A stretch of DNA of 64,000 bases from Podarcis gaigeae (lineage: Eukaryota), in the NCBI GenBank assembly GCA_964106915.2, contig OZ066928.1, one strand, 5' to 3'. This document shows, in pieces, positions 24,370 to 35,040 of this stretch. Position numbers and translations under genes: made by a program. Position 1 is the stretch's first letter. Each line of letters starts with the position of its first letter. The notes beneath the pieces were generated by a model. It was not told the DNA's origin, searched no databases, and saw only the letters and a list, made by a program, of their open reading frames with translations.

Positions 24370-24475
24370 CCAATTGTTCCGGTGTGGCTGACCTTGATGA
24401 TTGTCCAGGCAGTACAAGCGATTTCTGCCCAGAAGGAGTTGCCTGTGGTTGTAAAGATCAATTTCCCTTTTGCAA
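24370..24475 (+). CDS. EGF-TM protein exon 2 (PNCSGVADLDDCPGSTSDFCPEGVACGCKDQFPFCK)
   Basis: Acceptor ctgttttcag, donor AA|GTAAGT, six Cys in an EGF-like spacing. Confidence 0.88.
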
Positions 24476-25387
24476 GTAAGTTACTTTCCTTCCTTTTAGG
24501 GTTTGGTTGAGCTTTGTGGGGAAAGACAATGGTTGGGCACCTGACCTCCCTCTGTCCACCTCACTGCTGTATATTATGACAGGGGTGTCAGGGAGAGAGA
24601 GGCTTGTAGCAAGGATGACATGGAATAGATGTGCAGCAGCTGAATTAGCTTTATTCCATTGCCTCTCCATCCTGTTATGCAGCATCAGTGCAGCCAGAAG
24701 GAGGTCAGATGAGTGGTGCAGCCCCACTGCACCAACTGCCATGTCTACACAGGCACCATGTGCTTAAGCCATGGGTAGGGAACTTTTTCAACCCAAGCCA
24801 CATTCCCCCAGAGGCAACTTTCAGGGGGTCGCATGCCAGTGGAGAAAGAAGCCAGATTCCACAGTCAGTGGGGCCATGGATATGACTTACCTTTCTTCAG
24901 TAGGCAACACCCCAGCTGTGTAAATGTCAGAGGCTGCGACATTCCCCACATTTCCACTACTCTCTATCCAAGCATGCAAAAGGCACTGTCCTAGGCTCCA
25001 ACCAGGCATAAGAAGCCAAGAAGGGTGTGGTCTGTCCCAACTTCTGCCAACCTAGCAGTTTGAAAGCACACCAGTGCAAATAGATAAATAGGTACCACTG
25101 TGGCAGGAAGGTAAAGAGCGTTTCCTTGGACTCTGGCACTCATCACGGTCCTTCATGTGCCAGTAGCGCTTTAGTCATACTGGCCCCATGGCCCCTGCAA
25201 GCAGTCCGTGGACAAACAAGTTCCATTGTGAGGAAAACAGCAAGGTTAAAAATTGCAGCCCTGCCCAATTTGACCGCACGTCACTGGATAGCACCCCAGC
25301 ACAAAAGCATTGCGATGGGTTGTAATCATACTATTAGGGGGTTGACGCAAACTGTTTTGATGTTGCTTTGCTTGATTCCATCCACAG

Positions 25388-25579
25388 GTGCCCTTCCTAT
25401 CAAAATGGCTGGAAAAATTACTGGTACATGGGTGTCAAATGCGAGGAGCTTTGGAGCACTTTGGACTTGATTTTAGTTGTGGTTTTCCCTGCAGTGGCTC
25501 TGTCTTTTGCAGCTGCTGTCACAACACAGTGGGTCCGGTATTGCAAGGACAAGCCAGAGAAAGAAGCCAAGCGAAACCG
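25388..25579 (+). CDS. EGF-TM protein exon 3: end of the EGF module plus TM helix (CPSYQNGWKNYWYMGVKCEELWSTLDLILVVVFPAVALSFAAAVTTQWVRYCKDKPEKEAKRNR)
   Basis: Acceptor tccacag, donor CG|GTGAGT. Contains the Y-x-G-x-x-C-E EGF terminus, a hydrophobic stretch and a basic stop-transfer segment. Confidence 0.9.
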
Positions 25580-25731
25580 GTGAGTCAGTATGTATTGCAG
25601 CCTTGTAGGCTGCAAATCTATGCACACTTACCTAGTTTGATCCCAAGTAAGAATCAAGGAGAAATTAGGTGCTGTTTGTATTTTAATGGAGAGCAATGGA
25701 CTTCACACTTCTTGAACTGAAATATGAATTT

Positions 25732-25940
25732 CTCTCGCTTGGACTACTGCAATGCGCTCTATGTGGGGCTACCTTTGAAGGTGACCCGGAAACTACAACT
25801 AATCCAGAATGCGGCAGCTAGACTGGTGACTGGGGGCGGCCGCTGAGACCACATAACACCAGTCTTGAAAGACCTACATTGGCTCCCAGTATGTTTCCGA
25901 GCACAATTCAAAGTGTTGGTGCTGACCTTTAAAGCCCTAT
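25732..25940 (+). mobile_element. L2-clade LINE ORF2 fragment
   Basis: [32 protein letters not shown]...LKDLHWLPV. Confidence 0.85.
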
Positions 25941-26379
25941 GGCAATCGTAATAGGTGTTGAAATTTTGGGAGGTTGGATAGTTACAAGGGAATGGTCTCA
26001 GGTGTGGGGTGCACATTTTATTTATTCTTATTACTTTGTTTTTTTAAAAAGGAGGAAGTGTAAGTGGTGGTACGTCACCTGCCCCACTGTTTCCACTGGT
26101 GCCAGAATGCCCTCCTCTCACCTGTGCACAGCTGCTGTACAAAGAAGACAAGTGACAATGCTTAGACGAACACCCCACTGAGAAAGGAGTGGGTATTCTG
26201 GCAGTGGTAGAAGTGGGGGCAGGGCACAGCACATTCCCATTTTGCCTCAGGTGGTGAAACGGGGCAGGCTGTTCCTGTTCTCACCCCTCCTCGCCAGCAG
26301 TGTACTAAATTTCTATATGTATGTGGAAGGAAGGAAGGAATCGAGGGCTCACATTCTTTTGACTCTTATATATTTTCAG

Positions 26380-26482
26380 TACTCAGGCAAGGCAGCTGAG
26401 ACCTGAACCACAGCATCATTCAGAATATGCTCCTAAACTGGCCAATAGGTTGAGATCCGCCTCTTATTCACAAGGAAGACAG
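26380..26482 (+). CDS. EGF-TM protein exon 4, cytoplasmic (TQARQLRPEPQHHSEYAPKLANRLRSASYSQGRQ)
   Basis: Acceptor tattttcag, donor CAG|GTAAAA, phase 2->0 fits. Confidence 0.75.
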
Positions 26483-28196
26483 GTAAAATATTTTGTTTGT
26501 TTATTTGTTTGTTTGTTTGTTTGTTTGCTTGTTTGCTTGCTTGCTTGCTTATTATGGACTTGGAATTTAATTGTGGTAAAAGGGGTGCTTTTTTTAATCC
26601 AGTGGATGGCATTGTTTATTTTTGAAATGCCCCGGGGTTTTGCATTATTTTTTGTATATGAGGGAAATAGCTGGCAGCCTTTTCTGAAAGGCGTTCTTCC
26701 CGTATCCACTCTGCAATTGACATTTACAATGGATGTCTGATATGTAAGATGAGATTAGGGCATTTGCATTAGCTGACATCAAATGGACTTCGTTTGCTTA
26801 GAAGCTGCAATATGATTGTCCTCCTTTATCCCAACCAGGCCTAGAAGACTCCTGGTGGGGTCAGAGGAGGAATCTGCAGCAACAAATAGCTGCTGCAGTG
26901 CCAAGAGTCCAGTTCAAGTTTTGTTACTCTTTGCAGTCAATGGCCATTACAACATAAGCATAAAACACATATATGGGGGGAGGATTATTCATCGCATAAA
27001 ACAGATAAACCCCAATAATACAAATAAATAGCATTTAAAGCATGGATTTCATTCAAAACTTCCCTTAACATTTAGCACTGATCTGAAAGGTGCCTCTAAC
27101 GGGATAAAGCTATCCTGCAGCTAATTAACTTGTTTACATCAGGCAGCAGACATCTTATTTAGAAAATGTCTCGTTTGCCTTCTAAGAAGGTCTAAAAGGC
27201 TAGAAGAAATGTCACACCTGGTAGGTATTGTAAAGGACAAAAGAATAAAGTGCAGCAAAAAAAAAAAATCTTATTAGAAAATCTGCCAGCCAAATATGCT
27301 ATAGGGGTAGTTTGGGAGCTAAGCTGGAAGTGTGCCTGACAAGGAAATAAGTTCAGTTCTGCAGATAGGTGGCCCTTCTATGGTTTGGTATCATACAGTT
27401 TTTTTTAGAACCACAACCACAACAACAACACCTTGTGCTCAATGCAGGAAATCCTTAGCTAGAGCATCACTGACCAATGGTTGTACAGCCCCTGCTTGAA
27501 TACCTCCAGTAAGGGACACTGGTAACTGGTCCCACAGTCAAACAGCTCTTACCACTTCTATTTCTTCTGTGGGAGAGAAAGCCACTGATTCTTTCATTCA
27601 TTCCTATACAGTAAGGATGGAGAACCTATAGTCCATCAGATGCTGTGCTACAACTAATATTATCTTTGACCGTCACCTGGCTGGGGCCAAAAGGAGTTAG
27701 GAGCTGCAGGTTCTCCACTCCCGATATACAGCTAAGGAACAGAAACTTTAATCATTTATGTGTAGAATGATGGCAGTATTTTCTGAGTTTTTGAAATAAG
27801 AAATATAGGGAGGACAAGGTACAATAACCAGGTTTGTTTTTAACTCTATCATGATGTGTTTGCAACTGGTCTTTATTTCACTCTGATTTTCTCTTCCTGT
27901 ATACCAACCTTCATCAACTTGGTGCCCTTCAGATATTTTTTAGGCTATATTGTAACTCCCATCTGCCTCAGTCAGCATGGGTCCCATATCTTGACGGCAT
28001 ACGGTTGATGAAGGCTGGTGAGTAATAGTAGACATATTATCTTATTATTTGTCTTCAGTATTTTGGGGATTGCATATTTGTTTTTAAGGGTTGCATCTTT
28101 ATCATCTATTTTTTCATAATAAACATTTTAAAATAACAAAACAGAAGTCAATTTGTCGCTTAATTCCCCCTTCTTTTTTTCTCTTTCTTGGTATAG

Positions 28197-28276
28197 GATA
28201 ATATTAAATTTCCCAAGTACAATCTCCAAAGTTACCCTCATGAACAAATACAGACACCATATGCTGGAGACTACAG
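28197..28276 (+). CDS. EGF-TM protein exon 5 (DNIKFPKYNLQSYPHEQIQTPYAGDYS)
   Basis: Long polypyrimidine tract then TAG, donor AG|GTATGA, phase 0->2. Confidence 0.78.
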
Positions 28277-29103
28277 GTATGATGTCCTTTGGTCAAACTT
28301 TTTCACAATGATGATATATTTTTCCTGCTAGAAGATAAATTGTGCACACTGCTCGGCAATGATGGAAATCATTATATATTTTCAAATGTAAAATGATCTT
28401 GAACTGTTCTGAAATTTGCCCTCCATTTACTTGAAAGCTTTCTTCTCCTGAGGAAGAAGAGTCCATTGTTCTGCATCATTTTCAAGGCATTTTAGAATTT
28501 GTATGGACCTGGAGTTTAGAACATGCCTTATAGTTGTCACGTAGTCTCATATTTTCTGTTTGTTTTTCTTACCAATAAACATTTATCCAGTTGCCTGCAA
28601 CCTTCCCAGCTGTTCAGGCCATATAACCTCCTCCCAGGCCACACCTCTCACTGGCCTTGTTTTGTACCTTCCTTAAGTGTTTTTGCCTGGACAGAGGATA
28701 TAGGTGTGTGTGTATATAGAAACTAGCTTACTGCACAAAGGCAAAATTTATATGCATCAATTTTTGCCTCCACTACCATGAGGCTCATGGAAGTTTGCCC
28801 AGAAGGCATTGTGGGCCTTGAGATTAAAAGGTTTCCCACTCCTGCTATAGGAGCTGCTTGCCTATCTCATCTCTATGTACAGAAAACCTGCAAAAGACAG
28901 AGTCCTCGGCTGCATGTTCATTCTATGTTCAGACCTTTGTATGAATGAGTGTAGGTCAGAAGCTGTGGTGGTGCCTGTGATCTGCAGGAGCTCATATGAC
29001 GCAACTAGGAAAAGGGATGAAGAAGGAAACAAGCAAACTGAGACAGAAGTTCATTCGCAGTTTTCTATAATGACCAGTTTGTAATGAAGGATCCGCTTAA
29101 GGG

Positions 29104-29345
29104 AGAAGAAGAGTTTGGATTTGATATCCCGCTTTATCACTACCCGAAGGAGTCTCAAAGCGGCTAACATTCTCCTTTCCCTTCCTCCCCCACAACAAAC
29201 ACTCTGTGAGGTGGGTGGGGCTGAGAGACTTCAAAGAAGTGCTATTAACCCAAGGTCACCCAGCAGCAGCTGCATGTGGAGGAGCGGAGACATGAACCCG
29301 CTTCACAGCTTACGATTCTGCCGCTTCTTACAACTACTATACCCC
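29104..29345 (-). mobile_element. Squam3-like SINE
   Basis: Reverse complement of 21338-21616. Confidence 0.8.
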
Positions 29346-29893
29346 ACTTACTCTTAGGAGAGGAAAAGCTAGATGGAGCTGGTGTCTCAGCTGAGCCAAC
29401 GGACTGGGCCCTGCTTCCCATCTTTCTTTTTGCTGCAGCCAGGTGGGATGCTTTGGGCTAAACTGATGCCAAAACTAAGATCCCAAAACTGAGGCCATTC
29501 ATTTTGATTCAGTGCATACAATAAGCGGTTATCATGTTGTTATGCCTAGATCTGTATTCCAGAGAAGTAGCCATGTTATTCTGTTGCAGCAAACGTAACA
29601 GAGGTGAAATCTACAAACATATTTAAAAAAACGCTGTGAAAATGCTTTTTAAAAAAATGTTTTGAAAAATACATTGAATTTGGCATAGCTCACTGCCTCA
29701 CATTTGTATATTGCACTTTACACATTTAAAATGTTTTATTTGCAGCTGTGTAGCTGAGTCCAGAGACTTGCAGCACCTTAATGGTTTACTGTGCCATATT
29801 TATCTTGAAACATAACTCTTTGTTGCATTTATCTGCCCATAAGAAATTTATATTTGCATTTTTTAAAAAAAGTGTTTAATTTGATTATTATAG

Positions 29894-30059
29894 TCAGATG
29901 CCTCACCAGCCATTGAGAAGAGCTGTTCCAAGCCAAGATGATGTATTTGTGGGTCGGTCTTTCCAAGCTGGCCAGCTTAACTCTTGGGAGAGTGAGGTGC
30001 CTGATGTGGATTATGAGGACATAAACCCATTTTCTGCTATGCCCATGCAACGATTTCCA
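29894..30059 (+). CDS. EGF-TM protein exon 6 (QMPHQPLRRAVPSQDD...EVPDVDYEDINPFSAMPMQRFP)
   Basis: Acceptor attatag, donor CCA|GTATGT, phase 2->0, open frame. Confidence 0.75.
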
Positions 30060-31495
30060 GTATGTACAAATAATCTCAGTTATACAAGGAGTGGGGGTTT
30101 TTGTTTTGTTTTTACTGGGGCAGGATTCAGAGAGAGCTCTCTGCATGAGTGGAAGGACCTCTTTCTTCAGTTTCCAGTGGGAACCTGCTACACTAGCCTT
30201 CCCTGACATGGTGCTGCCAGATGTTTTAGACTGCAACTACCACCAACCCCAGTCAGCATGGCCAATGGTTTGAGAGGATGGCAGCTGCAGCCCAAAGCAT
30301 CTGAAAAGCACCTGGTTGGGCGAGGATGCCCTACACCAGATGCCACATCATTCCCAGTCCTCAGGGGTTACTTTTCAGGGCTGCAGTAGGGAAAAGGAAC
30401 AATCCCCATCTGTAAACAGAACTCTGTTCACAATTCCCTAGATCCTACTGATAAAATTTGCACTAGGAAACTGGAAATGGAGCACATGTGAAGCCTTTGT
30501 GTATCAGGTTTACTACATAGGTGTTCAGGAAGCCTTAGGGCTTATTCAGACTTCCTTCTTTGCCATGCTTTCAGGCACAGACCCACAGTTTCCAGGTCTA
30601 TGTCCGAGCTGTGGTTTTTTTTTTGTCCCACCACTTACCCCAGAAAAGCCTGCTATTAACTGCTAAATCAGAACAAACAGCAATTGAGGTTTCTGTGGAT
30701 TGCTGTTTGTTCCGATTCAGCAGTAAAGGGTTTTTTTTTTCCATTAGGAAGCAGTGGGACAAAACAAAAGACCAGAAAATGAAACATAAAAGAAAAAACA
30801 ACTCACTGCTTAGACCTGGATTTGGAAAGAGCCCTTCGACGTAACTATGAGAGCCTGTCTGTTACATCACCCATTTCCTCTTCCTGATTCTTAGGCTGTG
30901 TGCACAACCATACATTTAAAGTGCATCCTTACCCCAACCCCACAAAGAAACCTGAGAGCTGCCATTTATTACCCAGAATTCCTACAGTTCCCAGAATTCC
31001 TGAGGGTGTGTGCGCGCCTTAAATGTATAGTGTGGATGCAGCCCCAGGGCTTAATCTTCTTCCCCACCTACCCACTCCCTTTCTTCTGTCTTATGCTGAC
31101 CAACCCCACTGCGACTCTCTGCTTCTCCATGGCTCTTTAAGAAAGTGTATCCACAGGAGTAGAAGCTGGTGGGAAAAGGGAAAAAATAATGGAACTCATG
31201 AACATGCCCAGAAGCAATTTTGGCCCTGTAGCAGGAGGAGGAGTCTGTCTAGAGCAGTCATGTGGTGTTTCTCTCCACCTGCTGCAAATTACAGTTGGTG
31301 GTAGGTGGCCCTGTGGGAAGTAGGGAAGAGAAAACAGTCTTGCTGGAACTGTAGCAAGGGCCTGGTGTTATCCTTGCCTGCTTCCCTCACAGTCCTGGAA
31401 TCCCACATGGCAGGTGGGAAGGAGGCTCTAGGAGAGGGGGCAGGGAGTCCTTCCAATGCAGCAACCAATTTTCATATTTTAACTTTCCCTTACAG

Positions 31496-31624
31496 AGACC
31501 CGGGGCATCAGTGGTACCTCGGCCTGAGCACCAGAAGTATGGTCATCAACCAGTGAATTACCTGAATGGTCAAAGAGCTGGAAGGCCCTATGGGCTCGGG
31601 CACCAGCAGGATAGATACACCTAG
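31496..31624 (+). CDS. EGF-TM protein exon 7, terminal (RPGASVVPRPEHQKYGHQPVNYLNGQRAGRPYGLGHQQDRYT*)
   Basis: Strong acceptor ttttaactttcccttacag, TAG stop, AATAAA at 31633 and 31848. Confidence 0.78.
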   Translation, partial: RPGASVVPRPEHQKYGHQPVNYLNGQRAGRPYGLGHQQDRYT

Positions 31625-31949
31625 GAACTTTTAATAAATATGGAAAACAGGTGCAACTGCAGAATCGTCCTCCATTGTTTGGTGCAGCCTCCATTGTTTG
31701 GTGCAGCCTCTCTTACCTCTACTTTTCTCCATGAGGGCTTTATCGCAAGCCACACCCAATGAATACATACCTATCAAGACGCAGCAAATATTTAATCAGC
31801 ACAGCCATTAAAATGAGAAATCTGTTTGGGCAGCATCTTTCTTATTTAATAAATGAACCTACCAATCCACCTCTTCCTGTCCAAAGCGTCTAATGTCCTG
31901 CTCTATAACATGTTGTTCTTCTAGCAATAATTGGTATTCAGTGGATCCA

Positions 31950-32170
31950 TTTTTTTCCGGTAGTGGCGCCTGCCCTGTGGAACGCCCTCCCATCAGATGT
32001 CAAGGAAATTAAAAACTGACTTTTAGAAGACTTCTGAAGGCAGCCCAGGATAGGGAAGCAGTATATGGAAGCTTTTAATGTTTGATGTCTTGCTGTGTTT
32101 TAATTTGTTGGAAGCCGCCCAGAGTGGCTGTGGTAACCCTGTCAGATGGGAGGCATGTGTATAAATAACA

Positions 32171-32213
<43 letters not shown>
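31950..32213 (+). mobile_element. L2-clade LINE 3' end with (ATT)n tail
   Basis: VVAPALWNALP motif, the conserved tail and a microsatellite. Confidence 0.8.
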
Positions 32214-32214
<1 letters not shown>

Positions 32215-33421
32215 GTTTTCTCTTTGGTATTATTGAACCTTGGATGGAGACAGGCTCAGTCACGGGGAGGGCTCCTCGGTCATTTTAGAACGTTCTGCAA
32301 ATTTCCCCCACAACGTGTACTTGTGTCTGTAAAACAGGGGTTGCCAGACTTTAAAAGCCTTTGGTCACATATGGATTTCTGAACAAATGATGTGGGTCCT
32401 ACTCTCTCTGGGCACTTTTATTCTCTTAGATCAACCCCCATCCTGTAAGGAAAGTACACTTAAAATTAGTTTATGCACATGCATAAGTAGATAGATGATA
32501 CAGATATAGATAGAAGTATAGATATGCTGTATGTGTAGGGGGACAGTGGGCACAGGAGACAGGTTTACACTGGGGTGGAATATTTTTTAGCAGAGCTGTG
32601 AAGTCCAGCCACTTTTATTTATTTATTATTATGGGGGGCTGGGACACACACAATTCTGTTCAGACACCCTGGGAAGTTGGAGGGGAGCCTTGAAGTAGCC
32701 ACAATTGTGGATGGTGCTCAGCATCTCTGTCTGTCAAAACCACCCAGGCTGCAGGCTGCTGCAAAGAGCTCTGAAAGGGCCTTTCCAGCTCCCAGTCACG
32801 CAAATGCTTGTTTTCTGCAAGAGTGAGATATGGTGGGGGCAGCCGGCCATTTTCTGTTGTGCCTCAGGCAGCAAAATGCATTGGGCCTGCCCTGGTCCTG
32901 AATCTGCCCTTTCCTGGCTGGCAGAGAATGCACTGGACAAAATATCAATAAAGGAAAAGGGAAAGTGCAATCGAAGAAATAGGCAGTAGATGCATGATGG
33001 AGTGATTACAGATGTAAGAAGAATTTAATGTGATTTGATATAAGATTTTCTATTGTTATTTTTGAATGAATTTTTCTTTGTTTTTTAATTTCAATATAAC
33101 ATTATTTATATATAAGAATCTCACTCAGTTCAATGGGATACACTCCCAAGAAAGGTGCACTGGATTGCATCTTTAATTCCAGAGGTACTATTGTTGTTGA
33201 CTGTCATTTATCTTGTGAGTTCAAAAGGCCTTATAAAAATCTAAAATTATCCAAGTGCCAACCTTTGCTTACATTTCATAGAAAATATTTTGTTCACTAA
33301 ATAAACTGGTTGAGAAACAATGGTGGGGCACATCCTGCTTTGCAGCGAAATTGGCAAGTCACCCTCTCAGGCACTCCAACACCTGAGAGGGGTCCCAGAT
33401 GGAAATTATTGGGGGTAAGGC

Positions 33422-35040
33422 CAGTGAGTTTATTTGGTGGTGGTGCAGAGGGACGCATACCCCTATACATTTTGTGAATCTAAGTTTGGCCTCATTGAGG
33501 GGCAGTATTTCAATATGAGTTGGAAAATGAGAGTATCCCTAAACATTTTTTTAAAGAAAGAAAGCACTGGGTAAGGGGCATGTCTCCCCTAACATTTTAG
33601 GGTATCAAAAGGTCACAATCCACAGTCGTCCATTAATGCTTTTTTTTGTGTGTGAGCAGGGATGGAAATCCCTGTCTCCTAGATGAAAAGGTAAGGGCGC
33701 TGGGCTTAATTGCTGCGTCCAAGGACAGCCCCAGCAAGCTACCATGGTAAACTCTGGAATACCTTTGAATTAGGACATAATTGGCAAGTGAAGAGGGAAC
33801 CTGCTAAAAAGATCCTGATTTATGCTGGAGTAAAAAATCATCAGTTTGGAAAGGCTTGAAAAGAATGAAAGATGCTAATTTCTGCTTTGCTTGAATGGTG
33901 TAAGGAGGGGAAAGGAAGTCAATGTTGTAGGTAAAGGGTTTTTTTGGGGGGGGGATCTGCGTTATCTACCCTCCCCTAAAGCAATGGAATGCAAAGTTTT
34001 GGGGATGAGTGGACTTTAAAGATACCTCCTTGCATTGCATTTATTTCATAACTAAGGACTAATGGAACTGAGGATTGGCAGGATGGACTGCAGGAAAATT
34101 AATTAGTTGGGGAGGGTGGAGAGGAGACAGGGATTTTGTTGAGATTACACCACCTCCCTCTCTGAAGCTTGAAGCTGGAAATAAGAACAGTGAACGGGAC
34201 AGGATGGACCACAGTGTGTTGACGGCTTTTGAGAATTTCAGACAAAAAAGAAGAGATATGGATTGTGTTTCTTTATTAATGAACTTGTTGCGTGTCAAAT
34301 TGAGGATGAAATATGGCGAAATGTGAAGGGTTGGTGACGCTGGGAGACTGGCAGCGTTAGAGGGGGAGAATGTCTATTATATAAACCAAAAAGTTTCTAG
34401 AGGTTTCGTTTTCACTCTCTGCATACTGCACCCGTGAGGCTGAGTTGTTCATTACTGGGGCCAGATGTCCGATAGCAATGTTCAAGGCCAGATTAAGGAG
34501 GAATATGTGTATGTCGTCAGTGAGGAAGCAAGGTCTGTTCCCCCCCCCCCAGGCAAAATGTTACTCAAGATGTATCAGAAGGAAATGTTTGAAAATTGAT
34601 GAATGGCTATTACAGATAGATAGAAGAGGATTTATTCTACTTGACTATTTTGAAGACATGTTATAACAATGTATAAAAGCTATAACAGAAATTGGTAACT
34701 GAACATGTGATGTGTAGGGAGAAGGGATGAATGAAATGATAGTTTGAAAAGTTATGTTATTGAAAGCAGCAAATGACGGAAGAAAATAGAGGGGACATAT
34801 GGGGTGGGTAGAAAGACAAGTTTTAAATTTATATTGAATTTGTATTAATTTCGTGACAATCTGTTAAAAATTATGGAATATCAATAAAAATAATTGGCAA
34901 AAGAGAAAAAATGGTGGGCAAGGTGATAAAGAAGCTAAATATTTAGGGCAGGAGGATTCTGTAGTTCCCTAGTAGAATAGTAGAATGGGGACTAAAGCTT
35001 ACCTACAGCCACCCACCCGAAATAGAATGTAACTGAAATG
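33422..35040 (+). repeat. Right arm of the ~1.55 kb inverted repeat (partner 18401-19966)
   Basis: Reverse complement of the left arm with substitutions and indels, including about 70 extra bp near 33830-33903. The outer boundary is approximate. Confidence 0.92.

Larger units (their letters stand above)
20504..31624 (+). other. Uncharacterised 7-exon gene encoding a 283-aa type I membrane protein with a single EGF-like domain
   Basis: Seven exons with canonical GT/AG sites and consistent phases (1,2,2,0,2,0) total 852 nt in one open frame. There is a TATA box upstream, an ACCATG start and AATAAA downstream. Confidence 0.85.

Noticed and set aside
26801-26960. Possible extra exon of the EGF-TM gene
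   Set aside because: The best acceptor gives an immediate stop in phase 0 and there is no good donor. Exons 4 and 5 already join in frame.
34075-34666. ORFs inside the inverted-repeat arms as a duplicated gene
   Set aside because: The frames are not preserved between the arms because of indels, and part of the sequence is an L1-like 3' tail.
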